Below are positions 1 to 12,400 of a stretch of DNA of 64,000 nucleotides, one piece after another. How positions within the stretch are numbered: position 1 is the stretch's first letter; every line of letters starts with the position of its first letter. Source of the stretch: the human T2T-CHM13v2.0 reference genome, Homo sapiens. Position numbers and translations under genes: made by a program. The stretch is taken from the NCBI RefSeq assembly GCF_009914755.1, contig NC_060935.1. One strand, written 5' to 3'. The notes under the pieces are model-generated. The model was not told the DNA's origin. It worked only from the letters and a program-made list of their open reading frames with translations, and searched no databases.

Positions 1-103
1 CAGCTCTGAAACCCTCTTTTTCTAGAATCTGCAAGTGGACATTTGGAGGGCTTTGAGGCCTGTGGTGGAAAAGGAAAATCTTCACATAAAAACTAGATGG
101 AAG

Positions 104-953
104 CATTCTCAGAAACTACTTTGTGATGATTGCATTCGTCTCACAGAGTTGAACAATCCTATAGATAGAGCAGGTTGTAAACAATCTTTTTGTAGAATCT
201 GCGATTGGAGATTTGGACTGCTTTGAGGCCTACTGTAGTAAAGGAAATAACTTCATCTAAAAACCAAACGGAAGCATTCACAGACAATTCTTAGTGATCA
301 TTGCATTGAACTAAGAGAGCTGAACATTCCTTTAGATGGTGCAGTTTCCAAACACACTTTCTGTAGAATCTGCAAGTGGATATTTGGACCTCTCTGAGGA
401 TTTCGTTGGAAACCGGATAAACTTCCCAGAACTACACAGAAGCATTCTGAGAAACTTCTTTGTGATGTTTGCATTCAACTCACAGAGTTGAACCTTGCTT
501 TCATAGTTCAGCTTTCAAACACTCTTTTTGTAGAATCTGCAAGTGGATATTTGGACCACTTTGTAGCCTTCCTTCGAAACGGGTATATCTTCACATCAAA
601 CCTAGACAGAAGCATTCTCAGAATGTTTCCTGTCATGACTGCCTTCAACTCCCAGAGGTGAACAATCCTGCTGATGGAGCAGTTTTGAACCTCTCTTTCT
701 TTGGATTCTGCAAGTGGATATGTGTACCACTGTGAAGATTTCGTTGGAAACGGGTTCATCTTCACAGAAAAACTAAACAGAAGCATTCTCAGAAACTGCT
801 TTGTGATGTTTGTGTTCCACTTCAGGAATTGAACTTTCCTCTTGACAGAGCAGCTCTGAAACCCTCTTTTTCTAGAATCTGCAAGTGGACATTTGGAGGG
901 CTTTGAGGCCTGTGGTGGAAAAGGAAAATCTTCACATAAAAACTTTATGGAAG
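104..953 (+). repeat. Representative HOR unit: monomers 104-274 (A-type), 275-442 (B), 443-612 (B, degenerate box), 613-783 (B), 784-953 (A-type)
   Basis: Homologous CATT starts at 104, 275, 443, 613, 784 and 954 give lengths 171, 168, 170, 171 and 170, summing to 850. At the box position two monomers have pJalpha-like sequence (CTACTGTAGTAAAGGAA, CTGTGGTGGAAAAGGAA) and three have CENP-B-box-like sequence, as expected for the SF3 W1-W5 pentamer. Confidence 0.92.
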
Positions 954-1250
954 CATTCTCAGAAACTTCTTTGTGATCATTGCATTCGACTCACAGAGTT
1001 GAACATTCCTATAGATAGAGCAGGTTGTAAACAATCTTTTTGTAGAATCTGCGATTGGAGATTTGGACTGCTTTGAGGCCTACTGTAGTAAAGGAAAGAA
1101 CTTCATCTAAAAACCAAAAGGAAGCATTCACAGACAATTCTTAGTGATCATTGGATTGAACTAACAGAGCTGAACATTCCTTTAGATGGAGCAGTTTCCA
1201 AACACACTTTCTGTAGAATCTGCAAGTGGACATTTGGACCTCTCTGAGGA

Positions 1251-1267
1251 TTTCGTTGGAAACGGGA
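1251..1267 (+). promoter_or_regulatory. CENP-B box 1 (canonical TTTCGTTGGAAACGGGA), representative copy; recurs every 850 bp
   Basis: Exact match to the 17-bp consensus YTTCGTTGGAARCGGGA. Confidence 0.97.
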
Positions 1268-1417
1268 TAAACTTCCCAGAACTACACGGAAGCATTGTGA
1301 GAAACTTCTTTGTGATGTTTGCATTCAACTCACAGAGTTGAACCTTGCTTTCATAGTTCAGCTTTCAAACACTCTTTTTGTAGAATCTGCAAGTGGATAT
1401 TTGGACCACTTTGTGGC

Positions 1418-1434
1418 CTTCCTTCGAAACGGGT
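1418..1434 (+). promoter_or_regulatory. Degenerate CENP-B box 2 (CTTCCTTCGAAACGGGT), representative copy; core TTCG replaced by TTCC
   Basis: Sits at the box position and keeps A..CGGG but fails the nTTCGnnnnAnnCGGGn core at one base. The same state was seen in every unit inspected. Confidence 0.8.
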
Positions 1435-1588
1435 ATATCTTCACATCAAACCTAGACAGAAGCATTCTCAGAATGTTTCCTGTGATGACTGCATTCAACT
1501 CACAGAGGTGAACAATCCTGCTGATGGAGCAGTTTTGAAACTCTCTTTCTTTGGATTCTGCAAGTGGATATGTGGACCTCTGTGAAGA

Positions 1589-1605
1589 TTTCGTTGGAAA
1601 CGGGT
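1589..1605 (+). promoter_or_regulatory. CENP-B box 3 (TTTCGTTGGAAACGGGT), representative copy; core intact; recurs every 850 bp
   Basis: All nine core bases of nTTCGnnnnAnnCGGGn are present. Confidence 0.95.
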
Positions 1606-1710
1606 TCATCTTCACAGAAAAACTAAACAGGAGCATTCTCAGAAACTGCTTTGTGATGTTTGTGTTCCACTTCAGGAATTGAACTTTCCTCTTGACAGAG
1701 CAGCTCTGAA

Positions 1711-1725
1711 ACCCTCTTTTCTAGA
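1711..1725 (+). other. 1-bp deletion in a T run giving an 849-bp HOR
   Basis: CCCTCTTTTCTAGA replaces CCCTCTTTTTCTAGA. The ORF spacing 885 to 1734 is 849. Confidence 0.88.
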
Positions 1726-3430
1726 ATCTGCAAGTGGACATTTGGAGGGCTTTGAGGCCTGTGGTGGAAAAGGAAAATCTTCACATAAAAACTAGATGGA
1801 AGCATTCTCAGAAACTACTTTGTGATGATTGCATTCGACTCACAGAGTTGAACATTCCTATAGATAGAGCAGGTTGTAAACAATCTTTTCGTAGAATCTG
1901 CGATTGGAGATTTGGACTGCTTTGAGGCCTACTGTAGTAAAGGAAATAACTTCATCTAAAAACCAAACGGAAGCATTCACAGACAATTCTTAGTGATCAT
2001 TGGATTGAACTAACAGAGCTGAACATTCCTTTAGATGGAGCAGTTTCCAAACACACTTTCTGTAGAATCTGCCAGTGGATATTTTGACCTCTCTGAGGGT
2101 TTCGTTGGAAAAGGGATAAACTTCCCAAAACTACACGGAAGCATTCTGAGAAACTTCTTTGTGATGTTTGCATTCAACTCACAGGGTTGAAACTTGCTTT
2201 CATAGTTCAGCTTTCAAACACTCTTTTTGTAGAATCTGCAAGTGGATATTTGGACCACTTTGTGGCCTTCCTTCGAAACGGGTATATCTTCACATCAAAC
2301 CTAGACAGAAGCATTCTCAGAATGTTTCCTGTGATGACTGCATTCAACTCTCAGAGGTGAACAATCCTGTTGATGGAGCAGTTTTGAAACTCTCTTTCTT
2401 TGGATTCTGCAAGTGGATATGTGGACCTCTGTGAACATTTCGTTGGAAACGGGTTCATCTTCACAGAAAAACTAAACAGGAGCATTCTCAGAAACTGCTT
2501 TGTGATGTTTGTGTTCCACTTCAGGAATTGAACTTTCCTCTTGACAGAGCAGCTCTGAAACCCTCTTTTTCTAGAATCTGCAAGTGGACATTTGGAGGGC
2601 TTTGAGGCCTGTGGTGGAAAAGGAAAATCTTCACATAAAAACTAGATGGAATCATTCTCAGAAACTACTTTGTGATGATTGCATTCGACTCACAGAGTTG
2701 AACATTCCTATAGATAGAGCAGGTTGTAAACAATCTTTTTGTAGAATCTGCGATTGGAGATTTGGACTGCTTTGAGGCCTACTGTAGTAAAGGAAAGAAC
2801 TTCATCTAAAAACCAAACGGAAGCATTCACAGACAATTCTTAGTGATCATTGGATTGAACTAACAGAGCTGAACATGCCTTTAGATGGCGCAGTTTCCAA
2901 ACACACTTTCTGTAGAATCTGCAAGTGGATATTTGGACCTCTCTGAGGATTTCGTTGGAAACGGGATAAACTTCCCAGAACTACACGGAAGCATTCTGAG
3001 AATGTTCTTTGTGATGTTTGCATTCAACTCACAGAGTTGAACATGGCTTTCATATTTCAGCTTTCAAACACTCTTTTTGTAGAATCTGCAAGTGGATATT
3101 TGGACCACTTTGTGGCCTTCCTTCGAAACGGGTATATCTTCACATCAAAGCTAGACAGAAGCATTCTCAGAATGTTTCCTGTGATGACTGCATTCAACTC
3201 ACAGAGGTGAAAAATCCTGTTGATGGAGCAGTTTTGAAACTCTCTTTCTTTGGATTCTGCAAGTGGATATGTGGACCTCTGTGAAGATTTCGTTGGAAAC
3301 GGGTTCATCTTCACAGAAAAACTAAACAGGAGCATTCTCAGAAACTGCTTTGTGATGTTTGTGTTCCACTTCAAGAATTGAACTTTCCTCTTGACAGAGC
3401 AGCTCTGAAACCCTCTTTTTCTAGAATCTG

Positions 3431-6400
3431 CAAGTGGACATTTGGAGGGCTTTGAGGCCTGTGGTGGAAAAGGAAAATCTTCACATAAAAACTAGATGGA
3501 AGCATTCTCAGAAACTACTTTGTGATGATTGCATTCGACTCACAGAGTTGAACATTCCTATAGATAGAGCAGGTTGTAAACAATCTTTTTGTAGAATCTG
3601 CGATTGGAGATTTGGACTGCTTTGAGGCCTACTGTAGTAAAGGAAATAACTTCATCTAAAAACCAAACGGAAGCATTCACAGACAATTCTTAGTGATCAT
3701 TGGATTGAACTAACAGAGCTGAACATTCCTTTAGATGGCGCAGTTTCCAAACACACTTTCTGTAGAATCTGCAAGTGGATATTTGGACTTCTCTGAGGAT
3801 TTCGTTGGAAACGGGATAAATTTCCCAGAACTACACGGAAGCATTGTGAGAAACTTCTTTGTGATGTTTGCATTCAACTCACAGAGTTGAACCTTGCTTT
3901 CATAGTTCAGCTTTCAAACCCTCTTTTTGTAGAATCTGCAAGTGGATATTTGGGCCACTTTGGGGCCTTCCTTCGAAACGGGTATATCTTCACATCAAAC
4001 CTAGACAGAAGCATTCTCAGAATGTTTCCTGTGATGACTGCATTCAACTCACAGAGGTGAACAATCCTGCTGATGGAGCAGTTTTGAAACTCTCTTTCTT
4101 TGGATTCTGCAAGTGGATATGTGGACCTCTGTGAAGATTTCGTTGGAAACGTGTTCATCTTCACAGAAAAACTAAACAGGAGCATTCTCAGAAACTGCTT
4201 TGTGATGTTTGTGTTCCACTTCAAGAATTGAACTTTCCTCTTGACAGAGCAGCTCTGAAACCCTATTTTTCTAGAATCTGCAAGTGGACATTTGGAGGGC
4301 TTTGAGGCCTGTGGTGGAAAAGGAAAATCTTCACATAAAAACTAGATGGAAGCATTCTCAGAAACTACTTTGTGATGATTGCATTCGACTCACAGAGTTG
4401 AACATTCCTATAGATAGAGCAGGTTGTAAACAATCTTTTTCTAGAATCTGTGATTGGAGATTTGGACAGCTTTGAGGCCTACTGTAGTAAAGGAAATAAC
4501 TTCATCTAAAAACCAAACGGAAGCATTCACAGACAATTCTTAGTGATCATTGGATTGAACTAACAGAGCTGAACATTCCTTTAGATGGAGCAGTTTCCAA
4601 ACCCACTTTCTGTAGAATCTGCAAGTGGATATTTGGACTTCTCTGAGGATTTCGTTGGAAACGGGATAAACTTCCCAGAACTACAGGGAAGCATTGTGAG
4701 AAACTTCTTTGTGATGTTTGCATTCAACTCACAGAGTTGAACCTTGCTTTCATAGTTCAGCTTTCAAACACTCTTTTTGTAGAATCTGCAAGTGGATATT
4801 TAGACCACTTTGTGGCCTTCCTTCGAAACGGGTATATCTTCACATCAAACCTAGACAGAAGCATTCTCAGAATGTTTCCTGTGAAGACTGCATTCAACTC
4901 ACAGAGATGAACAATCCTGTTGATGGAGCACTTTGGAAACTCTCTTTCTTGGGATTCTGCAAGTTGATATGTGGACCTCTGTGAAGATTTCGTTGGAAAC
5001 GGGTTCATCTTCACAGAAAAACTAAACAGAAGCATTCTCAAAAACTACTTTGTGATGTTTGTGTTCCACTTCAAGAATTGAACTTTCCTCTTGACAGAGC
5101 AGCTCTGAAAACCTCTTTTTCTAGAATCTGCAAGTGGACATTTGGAGGGCTTTGAGGCCTGTGGTGGAAAAGGAAAATCTTCACATAAAAACTAGATGGA
5201 AGCATTCTCAGAAACTACTTTGAGATGATTGCATTCGACTCACAGAGTTGAACATTCCTATAGATAGAGCAGGTTGTAAACAATCTTTTTCTAGAATCTG
5301 CGATTGGAGATTTGGACTGCTTTGAGGCCTACTGTAGTAAAGGAAATAACTTCATCTAAAAACCAAACGGAAGCATTCACAGACAATTCTTAGTGATCAT
5401 TGGATTGAACTAACACAGCTGAACATTCCTTTAGATGGAGCAGTTTCCAAACACACTTTCTGTAGAATCTGCAAGTGGATATTTGGACCACTCTGAGGAT
5501 TTCGTTGGAAACGGGATAAACTTCCCAGAACTACACGGAAGCATTCTGAGAAACTTCTTTGTGATGTTTGCATTCAACTCACAGAGTTGAACCTTGCTTT
5601 CATAGTTCAGCTTTCAAACACTCTTTTTGTAGAATCTGCAAGTGGATATTTGGACCACTTTGTGGCCTTCCTTCGAAACGGGTATATCTTCACATCAAAC
5701 CTAGACAGAAGCATTCTCAGAATGTTTCCTGTGATGACTGCATTCAACTCACAGAGGTGAACAATCCTGCTGATGGAGCAGTTTTGAAACTCTCTTTCTT
5801 TGGATTCTGCAAGTGGATATGTGGACCTCTGTGAAGATTTCGTTGGAAACGGGTTCATCTTCACAGAAAAACTAAACAGAAGCATTCTCAGAAACTGCTT
5901 TGTGATGTTTGTTTTCCACTTCAGGAATTGAACTTTCCTCTTGACAGAGCAGCTCTGAAACCCTCTTATTCTATAATCTGCAAGTGGACATTTGGAGTGC
6001 TTTGAGGCCTGTGGTGGAAAAGGAAAATCTTCACATAAAAACTAGATGGAAGCATTCTCAGAAACTACTTTGTGATGATTGCATTCGACTCACAGAGTTG
6101 AACATTCCTATAGATAGAGCAGGTTGTAAACAATCTTTTTGTAGAAAATGCGATTGGAGATTTGGACTGCTTTGAGGCCTACTGTAGTAAAGGAAATAAC
6201 TTCATCTAAAAACCAAACGGAAGCATTCACAGACAATTCTTAGTGATCATTGGATTGAACTAACAGAGCTGAACATTCCTTTAGATGGCGCAGTTTCCAA
6301 ACCCACTTTCTGTAGAATCTGCAAGTGGATATTTGGACTTCTCTGAGGATTTCGTTGGAAACGGGATAAACTTCCCAGAACTACACGGAAGCATTGTGAG

Positions 6401-9400
6401 AAACTTCTTTGTGATGTTTGCATTCAACTCACAGAGTTGAACCTTGCTTTCATAGTTCAGCTTTCAAACACTCTTTTTGTAGAATCTGCAAGTGGATATT
6501 TGGACCACTTTGTGGCCTTCCTTCGAAACGGGTATATCTTCACATCAAACCTAGACAGAAGCATTCTCAGAATGTTTCCTGTGATGACTGCATTCAACTC
6601 ACAGAGGTGAACAATCCTGCTGATGGAGCAGTTTTGAAACTCTCTTTCTTTGGATTCTACAAGTGGATATGTGGACCTCTGTGAAGATTTCGTTGGAAAC
6701 GGGTTCATCTTCACAGAAAAACTAAACAGAAGCATTCTCAGAAACTGCTTTGTGATGTTTGTGTTCCACTTCAGGAATTGAACTTTCCTCTTGACAGAGC
6801 AGCTCTGAAACCCTCTTATTCTAGAATCTGCAAGTGGACATTTGGAGGGCTTTGAGGCCTGTGGTGGAAAAGGAAAATCTTCACATAAAAACTAGATGGA
6901 AGCATTCTCAGAAACTACTTTGTGATGATGGCTTTCGACTCACAGAGTTGAACATTCCTATAGATAGAGCAGGTTGTAAACAATCTTTTTGTAGAATCTG
7001 CGATTGGAGATTTGGACTGCTTTGAGGCCTATTGTAGTAAAGGAAATAACTTCATCTAAAAACCAAACGGAAGCATTCACAGACAATTCTCAGTGATCAT
7101 TGGATTGAACTAACAGAGCTGAACATTCCTTTAGATGGAGCAGTTTCCAAACAAACTTTCTGTAGAATCTGCAAGTGGATATTTGGACTTCTCTGAGAAT
7201 TTCGTTGGAAAAGGGATAAACTTCCCAGAACTACACGGATGCATTGTGAGAAACTTCTTTGTGATGTTTGCATTCAACTCACAGAGTTGAACCTTGCTTT
7301 CATAGTTCAGCTTTCAAACACTCTTTTTGTAGAATCTGCAAGTGGATATTTGGACCACTTTGTGGTCTTCCTTCGAAACGGGTATATCTTCACATCAAAC
7401 CTAGACAGAAGCATTCTCAGAATGTTTCCTGTGATGACTGCATTCAACTCACAGAGGTGAACAATCCTGCTGATGGAGGAGTTTTGAAACTCTCTTTCTT
7501 TGGATTCTGCAAGTGGATATGTGGACCTCTGTGAAGATTTCGTTGGAAACGGGTTCATCTTCACAGAAAAACTAAACAGAAGCATTCTCAGAAACTGCTT
7601 TGTGATGTTTGTGTTCCACTTCAGGAATTGAACTTTCCTCTTGACAGAGCAGCTCTGAAACCCTCTTATTCTAGAATCTGCAAGTGGACATTTGGAGGGC
7701 TTTGAGGCCTGTGGTGGAAAAGGAAAATCTTCACATAAAAACTAGATGGAAGCATTCTCAGAAACTACTTTGTGATGATTGCATTCGACTCACAGAGTTG
7801 AACATTCCTATAGATAGAGCAGGTTGTAAACAATCTTTTTCTAGAATCTGCTATTGGAGATTTGGACTGCTTTGAGGCCTACTGTAGTAAAGGAAATAAC
7901 TTCATCTAAAAACCAAACGGAAGCATTCACAGACAATTCTCAGTGATCATTGGATTGAACTAACAGAGCTGAACATTCCTTTAGATGGAGCAGTTTCCAA
8001 ACAAACTTTCTGTAGAATCTGCAAGTGGATATTTGGACTTCTCTGAGAATTTCGTTGGAAAAGGGATAAACTTCCCAGAACTACACGGAAGCATTGTGAG
8101 AAACTTCTTTGTGATGTTTGCATTCAACTCACAGAGTTGAACCTTGCTTTCATAGTTCAGCTTTCAAACACTCTTTTTGTAGAATCTGCAAGTGGATATT
8201 TGGACCACTTTGTGGCCTTCCTTCGAAACGGGTATATCTTCACATCAAACCTAGACAGAAGCATTCTCAGAATGTTTCCTGTGATGACTGCATTCAACTC
8301 ACAGAGGTGAACAATCCTGCTGATGGAGCAGTTTTGAAACTCTCTTTCTTTGGATTCTGCATGTGGATATGTTGACCTCTGTGAAGATTTCGTTGGAAAC
8401 GGGTTCATCTTCACAGAAAAACTAAACAGGAGCATTCTCAGAAACTGCTTTGTGATGTTTGTGTTCCACTTCAAGAATTGAACTTTCCTCTTGACAGAGC
8501 AGCTCTGAAACCCTCTTTTTCTAGAATCTGCAAGTGGACATTTGGAAGGATTTGAGGCCTGTGGTGGAAAAGGAAAATCTTCACATAAAAACTAGATGGA
8601 AGCATTCTCAGAAACTACTTTGTGATGATTGCATTCGACGCACAGAGTTGAACATTCCTATAGAGAGAGCAGGTTGTAAACAATCTTTTTGTAGAATCTG
8701 CGATTGGAGATTTGGACTGCTTTGAGGCTTACTGTAGTAAAGGAAATAACTTCATCTAAAAACCAAACGGAAGCATTCACAGACAATTCTTAGTGATCAT
8801 TGGATTGAGCTAACAGAGCTGAACATTCCTTTAGATGGAGCAGTTTCCAAACCCACTTTCTGTAGAATCTGCAAGTGGATATTTGTACTTCTCTGAGGAT
8901 TTCGTTGGAAACGGGATAAACTTCCCAGAACTACACGGAAGCATTGTGAGAAACTTCTTTGTGATGTTTGCATTCAACTCACAGAGTTGAACCTTGCTTT
9001 CATAGTTCAGCTTTCAAACACTCTTTTTGTAGAATCTGCAAGTGGATATTTGGACCACTTTGTGGCCTTCCTTCGAAACGGGTATATCTTCACATCAAAC
9101 CTAGACAGAAGCATTCTCAGAATGTTTCCTGTGATGACTGCATTCAACTCACAGAGGTGAACAATCCTGCTGATGGAGCAATTTTGAAACTCTCTTTCTT
9201 TGGATTCTGCAAGTGGATATGTGGACCTCTGTGAAGATTTCGTTGGAAACGGGTTCATCTTCACAGAAAAACTAAACAGAAGCATTCTCAGAAACTGCTT
9301 TGTGATGTTTGTGTTCCACTTCAGGAATTGAACTTTCCTCTTGACAGAGCAGCTCTGAAACCCTCTTATTCTAGAATCTGCAAGTGGACATTTGGAGGGC

Positions 9401-12400
9401 TTTGAGGCCTGTGGTGGAAAAGGAAAATCTTCACATAAAAACTAGATGGAAGCATTCTCAGAAACTACTTTGTGATGATTGCATTCGACTCACAGAGTTG
9501 AACATTCCTATAGATAGAGCAGGTTGTAAACAATCTTTTTGTAGAATCTGCGATTGGAGATTTGGACTGCTTTGAGACCTACTGTAGTAAAGGAAATAAC
9601 TTCATCTAAAAACCAAACGGAAGCATTCACAGACAATTCTTAGTGATCATTGCATTGAACTAACAGAGCTGAACATTCCTTTAGATGGCGCAGTTTCCAA
9701 ACCCACTTTCTGTAGAATCTGCAAGTGGATATTTGGACTTCTCTGAGGATTTCGTTGGAAACGGGATAAACTTCCCAGAACTACACGGAAGCATTGTGAG
9801 AAACTTCTTTGTGATGTTTGCATTCAACTCACAGAGTTGAAACTTGCTTTCATAGTTCAGCTTTCAAACACTCTTTTTGTAGAATCTGCAAGTGGATATT
9901 TGGACCACTTTGTGGCCTTCCTTCGAAACGGGTATATCTTCACATCAAACCTAGACATAAGCATTCTCAGAATGTTTCCTGTGAAGACTGCATTCAACTC
10001 ACAGAGATGAACAATCCTGTTGATGGAGCACTTTGGAAACTCTCTTTCTTTGGATTCTGCAAGTTGATATGTGGACCTCTGTGAAGATTTCGTTGGAAAC
10101 GGGTTCATCTTCACCGAAAAACTAAACAGAAGCATTCTCAAAAACTACTTTGTGATGTTTGTGTTCCACTTCAAGAATTGAACTTTCCTCTTGACAGAGC
10201 AGTTCTGAAAACCTCTTTTTCTAGAATCTGCAAGTGGACATTTGGAGGGCTTTGAGGCCTGTGGTGGAAAAGGAAAATCTTCACATAAAAACTAGATGGA
10301 AGCATTCTCAGAAACTACTTTGTGATGATTGCACTCGACTCACAGAGTTGAACATTCCTATAGATAGAGCAGGTTGTAAACAATCTTTTTGTAGAATCTG
10401 CGATTGGAGATTTGGACTGCTTTGAGGCCTACTGTAGTAAAGGAAATAACTTCATCTAAAAACCAAACGGAAGCATTCACAGACAATTCTTAGTGATCAT
10501 TGCATTGAACTAACAGAGCTGAACATTCCTTTAGATGGCGCAGTTTCCAAACACACTTTCTGTAGAATCTGCAAGTGGATATTTGGACCTCTCTGAGGAT
10601 TTCGTTGGAAACGGGATAAACTTCCCAGAACTACACGGAAGCATGCTGAGAAACTTCTTTGTGATGTTTGCATTCAACTCACAGAGTTGAACCTTGCTTT
10701 CATAGTTCAGCTTTCAAACACTCTTTTTGTAGAATCTGCAAGTGGATATTTGGACCACTTTGTGGCCTTCCTTCGAAACGGGTATATCTTCACATCAAAC
10801 CTAGACAGAAGCATTCTCAGAATGTTTCCTGGGATGACTGCATTCAACTCACAGAGGTGAACAATCCTGCTGATGGAGCAATTTTGAAACTCTCTTTCTT
10901 TGGATTCTGCAAGTGGATATGTGGACCTCTGTGAAGATTTCGTTGGAAACGGGTTCATCTTCACAGAAAAACTAAACAGAAGCATTCTCAGAAACTGCTT
11001 TGTGATGTTTGTGTTCCACTTCAGGAATTGAACTTTCCTCTTGACAGAGCAGCTCTGAAACCCTCTTATTCTAGAATCTGCAAGTGGACATTTGGAGGGG
11101 TTTGAGGCCTGTGGTGGAAAAGGAAAATCTTCACATAAAAACTAGATGGAAGCATTCTCAGAAACTACTTTGTGATGATTGCATTCGACTCACAGAGTTG
11201 AATATTCCTATAGATAGAGCAGGTTGTAAACAATCTTTTTGTAGAATCTGCGATTGGAGATTTGGACTGCTTTGAGGCCTACTGTAGTAAAGGAAATAAC
11301 TTCATCTAAAAACCAAACGGAAGCATTCACAGACAATTCTTAGTGATCATTGCATTGAACTAACAGAGCTGAACATTCCTTTAGATGGAGCAGTTTCCAA
11401 ACACACTTTCTGTAGAACCTGCAAGTGGATATTTGGACCTCTCTGAGGATTTCGTTGGAAACGGGATAAACTTCCCAGAGCTACACGGAAGCATTGTGAG
11501 AAACTTCTTTGTGATGTTTGCATTCAACTCACAGAGTTGAACCTTGCTTTCATAGTTCAGCTTTCAAACACTCTTTTTGTAGAATCTGCAAGTGGATATT
11601 TGGACCACTTTGTGGCCTTCCTTCGAAACGGGTATATCTTCACATCAAACCTAGACAGAAGCATTCTCAGAATGTTTCCTGTGATGACTGCATTCAACTC
11701 ACAGAGGTGAACAATTCTGCTGATGGAGCAGTTTTGAAACTCTCTTTCTTTGGATTCTGCAAGTGGATATGTGGACCTCTATGAAGATTTCGTTGGAAAC
11801 GGGTTCATCTTCACAGAAAAACTAAACAGAAACATTCTCACAAACTGCTTTGTGATGTTTGTGTTCCACTTCAGGAATTGAACTTTCCTCTTGACAGAGC
11901 AGCTCTGAAACCCTCTTTTTCTAGAATCTACAAGTGGACATTTGGAGGGCTTTGAGGCCTGTGGTGGAAAAGGAAAATCTTCACATAAAAACTAGATGGA
12001 AGCATTCTCAGAAACTACTTTGTGATGATTGCATTCGACTCACAGAGTTGAACATTCCTATAGATAGAGCAGGTTGTAAACAATCTTTTTGTAGAATCTG
12101 CGATTGGAGATTTGGACTGCTTTGAGGCCTACTGTAGTAAAGGAAATAACTTCATCTAAAAACCAAACGGAAGCATTCACAGACAATTCTTAGTGATCAT
12201 TGGATTGAACTAACAGAGCTGAACATTCCTTTAGATGGCGCAGTTTCCAAACACACTTTCTGTAGAATCTGCAAGTGGATATTTGGACTTCTCTGAGGAT
12301 TTCGTTGGAAACGGGATAGATTTCCCAGAACTACACGGAAGCATTGTGAGAAACTTCTTTGTGATGTTTGCATTCAACTCACAGAGTTGAACCTTGCTTT

